A stretch of DNA of 63,142 nucleotides, the filler included, from Hausera hauseri (Eukaryota), in NCBI GenBank assembly GCA_046269625.1. It is 10 parts of 10 records of this genome, joined end to end, with 100 filler letters (N's around TTAATTAATTAA, not from the genome) between each part and the next. Parts side by side here need not be neighbours in the genome. Positions count along the whole stretch, not along the records: positions 12,312 to 16,271 come from JBJURY010857078.1; positions 16,372 to 20,790 come from JBJURY010591334.1; positions 20,891 to 25,302 come from JBJURY010594445.1; positions 25,403 to 32,737 come from JBJURY010021896.1; 6 more parts are not named here. One strand, given 5' to 3'. Under the pieces are notes generated by a model. It did no database searches, was not told where the DNA came from, and was given only the letters and a program-made list of their open reading frames with translations. Of this stretch, positions 13,180-26,100 are shown piece after piece; position 1 is the first letter of the stretch, and each line of letters starts with the position of its first letter. Position numbers and translations under genes: made by a program.

Positions 13180-15345
13180 TTTTACTTCTTGTTATACCAG
13201 TTTCCACCATTCTCGACAGCATATCTCTTCTGTATTTTGTTTATTCTCTCGTCTGTAGGAATATCGGCAAATTGCTCACTCATTTTTGCTATTTCATTCC
13301 TGATGATTTGTATTATTGAGTCTTGTATTTGTAAATTGGTGTTGAACTCAACGAATGCATTGTGCATCCTTGCTAACAAGGTCTGCAATAATGTTGCTAA
13401 TGGTTCATTACCTGCATCATGTTCATCACCCGTTGTTAGTAATTTTCGATCAACGTCGTCATCTCTCGCTTTTCTACCTTTTAATTGATAAAGTTTCGTA
13501 GTTCCTTAGGGTCTACCACGATTCCTTTTATCTGTCTGAATTTGCTCTGATATTGAAATATTCGTTTCAGCTGTCTGCTGATCTTCATAATGTAGTTCAG
13601 CTTCTTGTATCTCCTTTTGTTTAACTTCAGTAATGATTTCATCAATTTTTTATGCTCGGATTGTCTAAAATCATTGCATACTGGGTTATATCTACTTTCC
13701 CACATACCTACTTCATATACGGTTTCGTAATCTAATAGGGTTCGCCCGTAGAGACGTAATTCCAATTCCTCGAGGTTGGATTACTTCATTGGTTTTGTTT
13801 CAAATCAACTATCGTGTCCAACGACTTCATTCTTATGACTTGAAAATCTTGATTATATTGTTGGAGAGTAACTATTACTTTGGAGTTTTCTCTGACCGTT
13901 CTTACTCTATATGCATACCGATAGATTATGTCTTACGACATTCTGATATGGATTGTGGCCAGCAGCATATACTAACATGTTTATTAAATTAGCAAACTGC
14001 TTATGGCTAATCGTAGGTGACAATAACATCGAAAGATCTTATCTGAACTGAGTGCCATTAATTAATTCTTGATTGGCATAGCTCAATACTTTTCGGACTT
14101 TTTCCATGCCATCTTGGTCTAAATGTATAGATGAAGTTTCCACTTGTGATGGTTCCTTCACTTTCTTCTTATCCTTTTTATTTTCTCGCTTGGCTCACTT
14201 ATCACTTCCAGAAGGTGAGTCTGATTCGGGCGTTCTTAAATCCTCTTGTATAAAAGGTTTATCTTTTGTTTTGACCTTTCTCTTCTCAGTATCTGATTCT
14301 GCTGCAGGACTCTTTTTAGGTCTGCCTACTGGGGCAATAATCGAACTATCGTTGTTCATTTTGTGCCTTTTCTCACAAACTTGTTGCTCTTTTAACTTCA
14401 GATATAGCTGCTTTAATTCAACCACATTGTTTTCGTTATGTCCTACCATATTGGTTTTGCACTATTTCGATTTAGCTCTAATCTTTTGTTGGAGCTTTTC
14501 TACTGTATCTTCGTGTTCATTGTGTCATGTACAGTACCAAGTATATCAGCTTTGTTTTTCTTTGATTGTCCTTGCTTAGCGCATGAGCGAGCGATATGTC
14601 CATAATTTTCACAAGTAAAATATAATGGCTGTCCATCTTGATTAACCAGTGGCTTCCTCACTGCAGACTTTGAGGTTGACTTTACCCAGTAACATTCTTT
14701 TGCTCTTGCTCTGGTCTTCCGAAATTTTTGGAACGGCTTTTGAAAATTTTTCTTTTGCTGAAAATTTCTCGGTTTCTTATTATCTTAGGGATGCTTCTTT
14801 ACATTCTCCAATCGTTCATAATTGACTTCAATTTTCCTAGCTTTACTGACATCTTCTTTATAAGTGTCAGGATCAGCAACGATAATATAGTTTTGGATTT
14901 CTCTGTTTATTCCGTAACAGAACTGAGCTAGGAGAGCATCTTATATCTTCATCTACGTTCGCTCTCAGCCAAATTCTGCAGGGCACATGTATACTCTTGC
15001 ACGGTTTCGTCTTTCCTTTGACGTCTCCTGTTGAATTTTCCAATTCGACCTTTTTCTGACGGGTCTACTGTGAGCCTTTCCTCCAGGGACTCCTTAAGAC
15101 TATACCAATTGGATTTATTCTCATCTTAAACTTGTGTGTAAGCAATAAGTGATATACGTTTGAGATGAAGTGGAAGTCGTTTTATCCTAAGCTCATCTAT
15201 CCATCCGAAGCTCTCTGAATACATCAAGTAATGCATTAGGAACTCACCAGTCCTGATCCGGTTCTCCTTGAAACTTATCCATGGGCAAGACTATCGTGCC
15301 ACTTAGGTTGCTACCTAAGCTGGCTCCTAATCCGGAACTAGACCT
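13180..15345 (-). pseudogene. Decayed Gag polyprotein with CCHC knuckle and ubiquitin-like domain (paralogue of 35014-37070)
   Basis: SSGLGASLGSNLS start; SEKGRIG; degenerate knuckle ..CENYGHIARSC; ELKQLYLKLKEQQVCEKR..PVGRPKK; UBL VTLQQYNQDF..MKSLDTI..ELRLYGRTLLDYETVYEVG (~13675-13885). Confidence 0.88.
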
Positions 15346-15478
15346 CTGTAGATTTCCTTCTATTTTGGGGATTTTCTGTATCTGATTCGGATAAACTTCT
15401 ATTGAATCTGTTTTTTCCGTTATGATAGTAGCGTGTGCTTTACGCTTATTTCGTCAGTTGTACAACGCCAGCGTGCCT

Positions 15479-15495
15479 CCTCACTCGGGGCACTA
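15479..15495 (-). promoter_or_regulatory. Primer-binding site, elongator tRNA-Met type (one mismatch)
   Basis: The minus strand reads ..ttaaCA c TAGTGCCCCGAGTGAGG, upstream of gag. It matches 34867-34883 apart from one base. Confidence 0.8.
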
Positions 15496-18217
15496 GTGTT
15501 AAGTTTTGAAGTTAGAGACGAGTTTGCGTCTCGCGACCTCAAACTTAAACTTTATTTATTCGCTTAAATAACAACCTGTGGGGTTACTAGGCTGTTTATT
15601 TAGGTTACATGACCTTAATGTGTAAGTTTGGCAGAGTCAATTTGTAGCCATCGTCCTTTCTTTTTCATTTTTCTCGTCAGAGTGATAGTTTCAGCGTCGA
15701 GAATTGATTCTGTGGAGCTGGCCATAGGTAATGATTTCCAATCAATATAACAGTCTTTTAATAGCTACTTAACGAAGAGGGTATCTGAATTGGTGTCGAT
15801 GTTTGATTAATGGGTATCTGTATAGGCACCTGAACTTGATCCTTACACGAAGAGACCGTGAAGTCTGGTATCGTGGTTTGTCTGTCGGATATAAGTATTG
15901 ATGTGTCCATATGTTCGATTGAATATTTAGAATTTCCAGTTTTAACGTTAAAGTAATTCAATAAGAAACGTGCAATTTATATTTGATTAATTGAAAATCT
16001 AGAAATTTAAATTTTCGAATAAATTATAATAATAAAGATCTATTTAGTATGACATATTTTGTTGAAAGTGATAAATTGAGAATTTAATGATTGTGAATTT
16101 AAAATATTGTATTTGCGATGATAAATTGGTTGAACAATTCATATTCTCAACATTACGAATTATTTTTTTGTTTTAATATTTCGGGCAGGGAATATATGGT
16201 TGTATACACTTTGCTGGTGAACTGGTGAATAATTATACGGAACATAAATGGATAAAATATATGTAGTATTGNNNNNNNNNNNNNNNNNNNNNNNNNNNNN
16301 NNNNNNNNNNNNNNNTTAATTAATTAANNNNNNNNNNNNNNNNNNNNNNNNNNNNNNNNNNNNNNNNNNNNTGCACATTCATATACTGCACCATGTTTGT
16401 GTTCGAATGCACCCGGTCACATGTCCTAATCATCAATATTGGAAATATTGGAAATCCGATATTATTGATTTTTCTCACTTCCACATGTGCAGTGCCCCTG
16501 CACTGTCACCAATCGATATGCACTGATGTGCACTATCGATTAGCACTTTGCCCCGGTCGATTCGATCAATACTGCACTGTGCAGCGATCGATTTGTGAAA
16601 TCTGCAAAAACGTGCCTAGCAACGGTGCCTAACCACACGGTTGCCTAGCACACTACCGATCGACAGTGCACCATATGCACCATCGATTGGCACATGTGCA
16701 AAATTGATTTATCGATTACCCCCTGGATGGGGGTGAGAGACTTCCCATTTCTCCCTATTCCCATTTAATTAATTACTGAAGGTTAATAGGTTTAGAAAGC
16801 ATTGAATTACAAGATGAGCAATTATTTTATAATTACAAGTTTTATAGTAGACTGGCTCCTAAATGCTATATCATACAGAAAACGGTAATAGATTATATTC
16901 AAATAGAATCATATTTAAAAAGTATAATAGAATTATTGATAGCTGTGCAGGTTGATTAACCTTTTGTGCTGTCCACTGTTTGTTAATTTTATATGATGGG
17001 AGTTAGATCTGTGATACCACACGAAACACAGGTTGGACTTAAATACTGTTGATATGTTATCAAATCATAACAAATACCATTATTTAGTAACTCGTATAAT
17101 ACTAACGTATCTTTATTTTTTCTTTTGTTTTTATAAGAGAAAATCTCATGTAATACGAATCGTATTAAATTTTATTTCACTTTTCAATTTTATTAAAATA
17201 TTGAATATGATTGTTTTTCTGTAAACCAGTGAAACGCTATTTTTCTCGTCGTGTTTTATTTCACTGATATTCAAATATCTTTAACCGAACATTGTCCTAG
17301 TTATTACCCAGTTTTCCATTTCATACGATTTCCGATTGGACAGCTCTGAGAAATATTGAGCTTGTTATGTTAATTTTGTCCTGTATTATAGTTAAGCCAA
17401 ACATTTTCTAATTTCGACATTTTGACATACAATCATTTGATTCTTTATTGAAAACTGACATAAATATTCCCAAATAACATTGTAGACATTATAATTTGTT
17501 ACGTGGAGAAAGAATAACATCGATAAGAAAGTGTCATCTAGATATTTCTGCTGCTCAGTAATCGTTCGTGTACTTCGAATAAATGTTAAAATAATCGATT
17601 ATCTAATCAACAATTACTCGAGAGCATAAAATTCAAAATTGGATTGATAGAATAAGAATTGAAAAGTAGCTAACGAAATCATTTGAACTCAGAAAAGTTG
17701 AATTTCGACTTGAATAAAAACTTTATGCTTTATGTTTTTAAAATAAAATCTTCCAAATGCCACCATATACACCTGCAACATGAAATAGTTTATTTAAGAG
17801 CAATATTAAACCATTTAGATTTGTGATTTACATCTATCCCTTTTAAATAAAAAATGATTACTATTTATGTAACTACTTCAGCAAATTCAAATGATATATT
17901 GATTGGAAATTCATTTAAAATTTGTATTTGAGGGAATGATGAGATAATTTAGCCAACGGATAAATTATGATTATTTGGCATTTGGTGATAAATATTTCTG
18001 TATAGTAATCAGACGTATTCCTTAAATTATTTTTATTTCATGTCACTTTGATAATATTTATATAGGAAAAAATTTCTTCCGTTTAAATTAGACGAGAGAG
18101 AATAATGATGCTTCAATAATTGAACTTATTTAAAGATGTTATTTATTAAAGTTATTTATAGATATTAAATGTTATGGTTCTGATTATACGAACATGTTTA
18201 ATGTTGATTTATTTCAG

Positions 18218-18608
18218 CATTTGACGAGCCTGTTAACAGAACATCTAGAAGAATGGGGTCGAATAGAAAATTATATTATCGTGATGAGCTGTCATCCAAA
18301 TTACCTCGAGCAGTACATGAAAGTGTACAATCAGCTCTTTCGAGGGGATGGTAGCCTACCATATGTAGATAGATAATATTTAGCAATAATGGTATATTTA
18401 AATACTAGTCTAGTCTATGAATTTTTGAATTATTCAGGCAGCTGCTCAAATGCATTGTAGAGAGTTGATATATCGGTTCATCACCGAATTCCTTGCTGCC
18501 GGAGGTGATGCAATATGGTTGAATGGTGTCCGTAAGGCTCCATCTCGATTAAAAGCACTGTCAGTGCTCAAACAATATCTTTGTCATCAACCATGGTTGA
18601 TAGAATCT
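18218..18608 (+). pseudogene. SESN: Sestrin, two exons with a premature stop
   Basis: GRIENYIIVMSCHPNYLE..GDGSLPYVDR*YLAIM | 46-bp GT-AG intron 18392-18437 | AAAQMHC..FLAAGGDAIWLNG..AP..LCHQPWLI resembles the sestrin N-domain. In-frame TAA at 18374-18376; no further exons recognised. Confidence 0.85.
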
Positions 18609-20435
18609 GTAAGTTTTAGTTATGAATTTATTAAAAATTATCGTTTGTATGCTTATCAACTTATCATTAACTATCATGTAATTACTGTTAATTATCGATT
18701 TTTTAAAAGTCTGTTCAGGGTGTGACTTTAATCTAGGCTCTAAATATGCCGGTTTGATTTGATCACATTATGTTCTGTCAGTTTACATTATTATTTGACT
18801 ATTGATACTATGACTTTCATTGTAAGTGGTTCGAATTGTTTGTTTAAATTTCGTCGTCAAAATCCTATCTTACGACGCACACTGTTATTGTTGAACATAG
18901 CCAGTCTTATACATTCGGAGGACGTATTATTTTTTACACTGTCGAAGTGTTTTCTCATTTTATACAGATTATTATGTCCACTGTTGTCAAAACTACAACA
19001 ATTAATTAAATCATTTTTTATTATATTTTGAACGTAAAAAATTAATATTTTTGACATGTTACATTTTTACAACATACATGACTTTAATAATGTAATAATT
19101 TTAATAAAATTTCGCAGTGCTTCTGTTTGATGAATGTTTGAATTCAACTGGTATGAGAAATATTCAAATTTGGTGTTGTATTAATATTCTATTTATTTTT
19201 GAAAAATTTACATACAAAACTTCTTTAAATGTTGTTTCAAAATTACGAACATCCCAGGTCCCGTCGATTTTATTTTTTCATTTCCTCCAGCTAGGGTATG
19301 TTTACAAACGTAAATAAGCAAACTAAATACGACTTTGAATTTTTAAACTCAATATTACGTTTTTTTCGAATATCCACTGATCGAAAGTTGACCATTAAGG
19401 ACATTCATTGTTTCAAATTACTTAGACGGAAAATCAATTGTAGTTATTAAAAAGCTGAAGAGACATTCGTCATTTGACGTTACAATAGGTCGGGTTAAAG
19501 AAGTAATACAATGATACAATCAAGATCATTATGGACAGAATTACCTAATCGAAGTTCGTCAGTATCGGAATAATGAAAATCCCAATAAGCGATATTTTGC
19601 TCATACCTTTCATTCTGTTTCCAATGATGCCATGAAGGTAATAAATCTAAAATGTTATCCAATAACATGGAATGGTTTTTTGAAAGCGTCAATTGTTTCG
19701 AGCATGATTTACTTGGTTTGTGTTCTGCTGTTGCTGCACAAATATCAGGTTAGGAAGAATGTGAAATCAGCGGCTTTCAAATCAGAATGACCTTTTTAGA
19801 AGGATTGATTAAAGTGACAGATTCATAACTTTTTTCACCATGATAGATACAATTAATATATTCAATATAATTCTTGGGTATGAATGTTTTAGTTGTTCGA
19901 TTCATAGAAGAAAAGGCACAATTTTAATACATTGACAATGATATAGTTTAGATTGCAATATGCATGGTCTGTAATAGATGTACCATTTAAAACTAACTGT
20001 TAGACTTCCATCCGGACTACAAAACATGTTTATATTTCTATTTGTAAATCCATATTTTCGAAATGTCGGGTTTTAAATTTCCGCGTTGTTGAATTTAGAT
20101 AAACAAACCAACGTATACAAGTAAGGTATTTTGTTTTCATATATTTCACAAAAAATACCTGTTTTGTCCAATAAAGGCCGTTATTATTACTTGCTGTGCT
20201 TTACTTATATTTAATTATTAAAATTTATTAAACAGTATCAACACGAAATTATTCATCTACCTGATATTACAGTGCAATTTCTCACTTAGATTTTTAAAAG
20301 GTAACAGCATTGTTTTCAACCGAATTTATTCTGACTGAAAAAACATTCACACTTTCCGAGAGACTAAGTAAATAAATAAACTAGTTTTGTTTAATTTAGA
20401 TGTTGTTCTTGAAAAAAACAATGACCTAAAAACAA

Positions 20436-20790
20436 TTCTCATGTGTTTGTGACTAAAATAAACAACTTTTGACACAAATTCACTTTGTACTTTGTAGATG
20501 AGAAAGGGTGATACAACATTCTTTTATTGCTACAAAGGTTGCATGAATGTAAACGTGACAAAATCGCATTCAAACATGCCCCAAAATTCGCGTAAATTTC
20601 GCTGCTTTGAGAAATTTTGGCAACTTGGATCTTCATTCTCATGTGTTTGTGACTAAAATAAACAACTTTTGACACAAATTCACTTTGCACTTTGTAGATG
20701 AGAAAGGGTGATACAACATTCTTTTATTGCTACAAAGGTTGCATGAATGTAAACGTGACAAAATCGCATTCAAACATGCCCCAAAATTCG
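20436..20790. repeat. 200-bp tandem repeat, about 1.8 copies up to the contig end
   Basis: ttctcatgtgtttgtgactaaaata... starts at both 20436 and 20636, and the copies are nearly identical. Confidence 0.95.
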
Positions 20791-20947
20791 NNNNNNNNNN
20801 NNNNNNNNNNNNNNNNNNNNNNNNNNNNNNNNNNTTAATTAATTAANNNNNNNNNNNNNNNNNNNNNNNNNNNNNNNNNNNNNNNNNNNNATTTAGTTTC
20901 AACATGAGGTGGAAATTCAGCTTACTTGTAAGATTTTTCTTCTATAA

Positions 20948-21790
20948 TTACGGAGATACCTTGTAAGTATTTCTTAAGGTAGTATAGGCATGAAGTTTTA
21001 CCGGTATCGGGGCATTATTTACTATCCTGAAAGGTACGCGGCCTGTACGTATTCTTGTCAGTATATTGCTGAGTATTATGTTTAGATTCAATGTTTCCTT
21101 AGGTTCAAAATATACCTGTTGATCGTCGTTTTGCTGAATTTGCGCATAGATTATCATCTCTGTTCTTGGTGGAATGTTTTCATTCACTGAAATCCACAAT
21201 TCTCCAAATTTCCTATCTTTAGCCCTTTTTATGCCTTTATTTGTTCTGATTTCAATTCATTTCCCCGTTTGCAGATCGATTGCTATATTTGGTAGTCTTT
21301 TTAGTAGAACTACGTCGTCGGTCAATAGTTCCATAACCGCAAACTTGTAGTGGGAAAACTTTCAGACTATTTGAACTTCCGGGTTTTATTTAAACACTGA
21401 TTTTGACACTTGGCCAAATGCTCCTGTGCTTCTGGGATCTCCTGTTGACGGCGAATATAACTTGTTTCTTAATGTTTTAGGAATCGAATCATTTTTAACG
21501 TAAGATATTTCGGAACCTGCATCGATTAAGGCATATACCTCCCAATCATCCATGATGATTTTGGCGAAAGGCCTACCTTCTATTACTGTTCCAAAATAAT
21601 TTGATGTGATCATTTGGCGCTTTATTGTCGATATTTCATGTCCATTAATTCGGATTTCCGGAGGGGATACTATATTTTCCGATAATCCTCTCAATTCGCC
21701 GTTTGGATGTAGTTTTTTATTTTCGTTGCTTACTTCTTCCGTCTCATGGCTGACGATCAGTTGTTCTCGATTGTTAGTGTGCGATTTCAT
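20948..21790 (-). pseudogene. Retroelement aspartic protease and post-protease spacer (start of pol)
   Basis: GRPFAKIIMDDWEVYALIDAGSEISYV (D[T/S]G-type site reading DAG at ~21512-21523), then STGAFGQ and the Gypsy-type spacer IPPRTEMII..FEP..GRVPFRIVN..PVKL. Confidence 0.8.
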
Positions 21791-21954
21791 GTTTCAAAAA
21801 GTTTCTATTCTTCTGTCTTCCCAGACATGGACCCGGTCCGGTCTCTATATTTCGAGGTTCCTTGGAGAGTACAAAATTCTGGGATCATTTCTAGACGGTT
21901 GGTAGCACATTTTTTGTAAAATTCCATATCGTTTCACTCCTTTATAGGGGTCTT

Positions 21955-23580
21955 CTATATTAAATGTTCTTTTATAGATTTTGTCTGATAATAGCTCGTT
22001 GATTGCTTATTGCAGTCTTCGTAAATAGGAGCGATAGGGGGTAGCATTGGCAATGGTGCTTTAATGACAGAGTATGTTTTATGTCTGTTTGTTCCTGGAA
22101 GTACTTTTCCTGCCTTAGGCTCGTTATCATCTGAATTATTTCTTCGCGTATTAGGCTTTGTAAATTTCCGCTTGTACAAAAACATAAGCCTTCCCTTTCA
22201 TTTACAATTATACTATCCGACAAGGCGTTTTACGTCCGATTTCCATCTATTTTCTTTGCATGCCCGGTCAATGTAAATATTTCATGGCCATTTATTACTG
22301 CTTGGATGACTGACTTAATAATTTGTATCCAAAAAATATATTGCTAAGAATCTGGATGGGGCTTGGCCAAAAATCAAAAATCTTCCTCAAATTTTGTAGA
22401 GTATTTCTGTGGTGACTCGCTGATAATGATTTATGCCAAGCACGGATTGCCATTTAGTCTGATATCGAGTATTGTCTACTACGAAGGCCAAGGCTCGGTT
22501 TAATTCATGTGTCCCTTGTCGCGGAAAAGCGAAAAATTGTCTGAAGGCTTCAATTTCCTTAGGTCTATATATGCCTTTTGACGAGGTGTCTTGAAATTTG
22601 TCGTCTGTAATTCATTTTGCAAGATTTGTTCCTGTTAAGTTATTTGGTGCGGCAGCAATACCTCCATTTGGCAAACTAACCCAATCCGTTGCACTACGTC
22701 TAAACATGAGTTCTCCTAAGCTTGCTTTGCAATATTGAAGGATTGTTGGTTCAGTTGCATTGTCTAATAGCACTCTAGTGAGTGGAATGGCTAACCTTGG
22801 AATATTCTGGTAATTAACGGGAAGTTCCTGCATGTAGCGTTTTTCTTCAACTTTGATTGGTACATTTCTTTTTTCACAATCGTAAGTCAATAGTAATTTA
22901 CCGGTAACTCAACCAAAAATTCCTCCTCTCATAGAAATTATTGGGGATTCCAACTCGGGATTAGCGTAAATAAGAGCCATTTTTGTCCTCATGATTTCCA
23001 TATCCAATTTACAATCATTTGTTATCATTTTATGATATAACTCGGTTATTCCGACTTGCCCTTTGTAATAGAAGTAATTGTCTCTGTTTTTCAGATAATC
23101 CTCAATTCTGGTATCCTGCGTTTCTAGTTTGTAAATCTTTGCATTTATTTCTGTTTCTGCGACGAAAATGCCTCATTGTTAGTAGCGAACATCACTACTT
23201 CACAACGAGAAATCATTTTTTTCTTCATAAATTTTAGTCCATGCTGATCAGAGATTAATATAGTGGGCGTAGGATGTTCGGATACGTCTTCGCGTGTCCT
23301 TGAGTTGGTATCAGATTTATGCACATATCGCTTTCCGGTAGTTTCATTAAACTTTAATTCCTTAATTTTGATAAAATTACAGTTTGTTCCAGAAGGAGGT
23401 TCCCAGATTATAACAGAACTTCTAAAAGCACAGGTTCCGTCTTGTGAATGACATTTTTGATTCTCGGTATATAGTTTGGTGACACCATGGAACATTACTT
23501 TCTGTGCTCGCATTTATGATTCATAGAAATCCACGACCACTACGTTTGCTTGTAATCCTTTTCCGGTGTCGTATTCCGCT
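21955..23580 (-). pseudogene. Central and C-terminal part of a class III (chuvirus/gB-type) glycoprotein, env-like
   Basis: NVVVVDFY; CHSQDGTC..SVIIWEPP..C; C..EIMRTKMALIYANPE; LLLTYDC..VPIK..ELPVNYQN..PLTRVL..C; KGIYRPKEIEAFRQFFAFP (compare the chuvirus-G GIY..DL..LR..IMFP motif); hydrophobic segment at ~22310-22380. Several stops. Confidence 0.78.
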
Positions 23581-25402
23581 CCGCTACAATGTCCGTTTAG
23601 AAGTCTGCGCCTTAATGCAGGCCTTACCTCTGGCCCACCGCATAATAGCGATAAAACAATAAACTAAAAAGGACATAAGACAATTAAGAGAAAAAACGGA
23701 GTAATGGTCACAACGTTTATTGTTATCACAATCGCTGTTGGCCGAGTTCCTCGAGGCGTACGAGGCGTCCGTGGAGGATAATGCCCGGCCATTTCGGAAA
23801 CCGCGGCGTACACAGGTCGGAACATCGTCCGAATTGGAATCGGTTGACGTTGGTTCAAGTCTTATCGGCTCCAGCCGGCGTCGACGGCGCGGTACGGGAA
23901 CTTTGTCCGGGCTGGAACTTACTGTCTTAGCCTGCGGTTTGTCAGCGGTTTGACAATCAGGAATCAACTGGCCCTCCGTTGGAGCCAGCGATTTGTAGAG
24001 ATGGTCGGCGGCCACCATCAGTCTTAAGAAGACCGGCAAGAGAACCGACGAGTCGAAGAGACGTCGATTTTCGCCGTCCTCGTAGAACCGATGGAGCGTT
24101 GCCTCCGGTAGAGCGTAACGGTCGTCTCTCTCCAGCCTGACTAAATGCCGCATGAAACGGTTCCGTTGGAGCAGCTCCAGTACCGTCAGAAAGTTCGAGC
24201 AAGACCGGGACGGGACTCGCTTGTCGGTGTTGCGATGTCGTTTGCCGCGTGGAACGGTGTTCCGCCGGGTTGTGTGCTGCCGCTCTTCTTCTCGACCTTA
24301 TTCTGGTGAGGCGACACGGCTATCGGTGTTGTTTTCCGCTTCGGCGTGTACTGGTTGGAGTACCTTGGGAATACGGTACCTCGGTGTTGATATGGTATTC
24401 CTTTAGCCAAAGGTGGCGTTGGATGGCCTTTGTGTCTTCCCCGACGATTGCTTCGCCGGGTTTTGCTGTTCAAGTCGCGTGCGTTCCCGTTTCAGCGCTG
24501 TTTTTCTGTTTTGCCGTCTGGTCCTTTCCCCAATTTTTCAGTGTTTCGGGCATAGTAGTTTTCTTTTTCTTTTTGAATAATTTTCTGTTTCTTAAAACTG
24601 TGGATTCAAACAAATGGATTTGAATCCGCAGATTTCGATTGTTAATTTTGTATTATTATTATTACAAGTGCTGATCACTTCAGCACTCGTAATCCCTGTT
24701 TAATTTTTTTGTTTCCTATTTTTGTGCTTATTTGGGATGAATTCGTGATTTTACATTGACATTTTCAGGTTACCCGATTTTCGTTATTCATTTGAAATGT
24801 TATTTGCTTGTTTAATTAAAGGTTTAATTTTTCGTCAGCTTCTTTTGTGATATTTTTGATCAACATTCATTAGGTAATTAATGGGATATTGAAACAGTGA
24901 AAATGGAGTGATATTATTGTTTTGTAAATTTTATTGGGTTTGTGGATTTTAAATTTTATTTTAAATTTTGTTGTTAGTGTCGGAATTTATTTAACATGTT
25001 TGGTATGACTTATATTTGTTAATGCTTGAATTTTGTAAGGAGAAGTTTTACAGTGGGTTATGCATGTTTAACCTTCCGACCACTACCCTGTATGCCCTAA
25101 TTATCTTCCCTGGTTGCATTTTAATTCTNNNNNNNNNNNNNNNNNNNNNNNNNNNNNNNNNNNNNNNNNNNNNNNNNNNNNNNNNNNNNNNNNNNNNNNN
25201 NNNNNNNNNNNNNNNNNNNNNNNNNNNNNNNNNNNNNNNNNNNNNNNNNNNNNNNNNNNNNNNNNNNNNNNNNNNNNNNNNNNNNNNACAACACCACCAA
25301 CANNNNNNNNNNNNNNNNNNNNNNNNNNNNNNNNNNNNNNNNNNNNTTAATTAATTAANNNNNNNNNNNNNNNNNNNNNNNNNNNNNNNNNNNNNNNNNN
25401 NN

Positions 25403-25553
25403 GTGAATCCGTGATTGTGCGATTTTGTTTTGTGTTGTGATTTACTGATCTGATTTATATTTTGTTGAATTAGATTTTTACTTTTTTTAGAAAAAAAAAA
25501 TTTTTTATTTATTTTTATTTTGTTGTAAGGTGAAACCTTACAATACTCCCCCG
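25403..25553 (-). mobile_element. PPT plus start of an LTR (3' end of an LTR element)
   Basis: The minus strand reads GCGGGGGAGTAT followed by TGTAAGGtttcaCCTTACA (TG start at 25542 with a short hairpin). It runs off the contig end. Confidence 0.5.
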
Positions 25554-26100
25554 CCTGAAAAATAAAAAATTAACATAGATTTTAATTTTTTTAATATTTG
25601 CACAATGAGCGAAAAAAAAATATCCGTATTCTTACTCGATATTATTCTGAACAATTTAATGTCTTTTCTGATCACTTAGTGGATTTATACAGATATTTTA
25701 ATTTTATTATAGAGAACGTAACATCGAGAAAATTTAGATATCCTATTAAACTTTAAAATTATGCGACCGTCGAAATTGATTCACATTATTCTATAAAAGA
25801 CAGAAACATTGAATTATTTTAACAATATTTACCGCGTATTGTTTCCCTTACTGTAATTTCGAGTCTTAGGTATATTAAAAAAGTAAAGTAAAACACCAAA
25901 AAACAATGCAAATGTAAAGAATACAATACTCTTTGAAATCATAACGGAATTTTCAATGTAATATTTGAAGTTTCCCTTAAATATTTTTATATAATTAGAT
26001 AATTTTTCCCTTTGTTGGAGATACTGCCTAAGTAATGTAATTCGGAGCTAATAATCATTAAAACTTTGTTTAAATAATCCTTGGTAAATTTTTAAAAATT

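Noticed and set aside
18374-18376. TAA reassignment (alternative genetic code) suggested by in-frame TAA in sestrin and gag
   Set aside because: The PP2A-A and PWP2 exons I read have no in-frame TAA/TAG, and the gag TAA at 36472 corresponds to TAT in the paralogue. Ordinary decay explains it.
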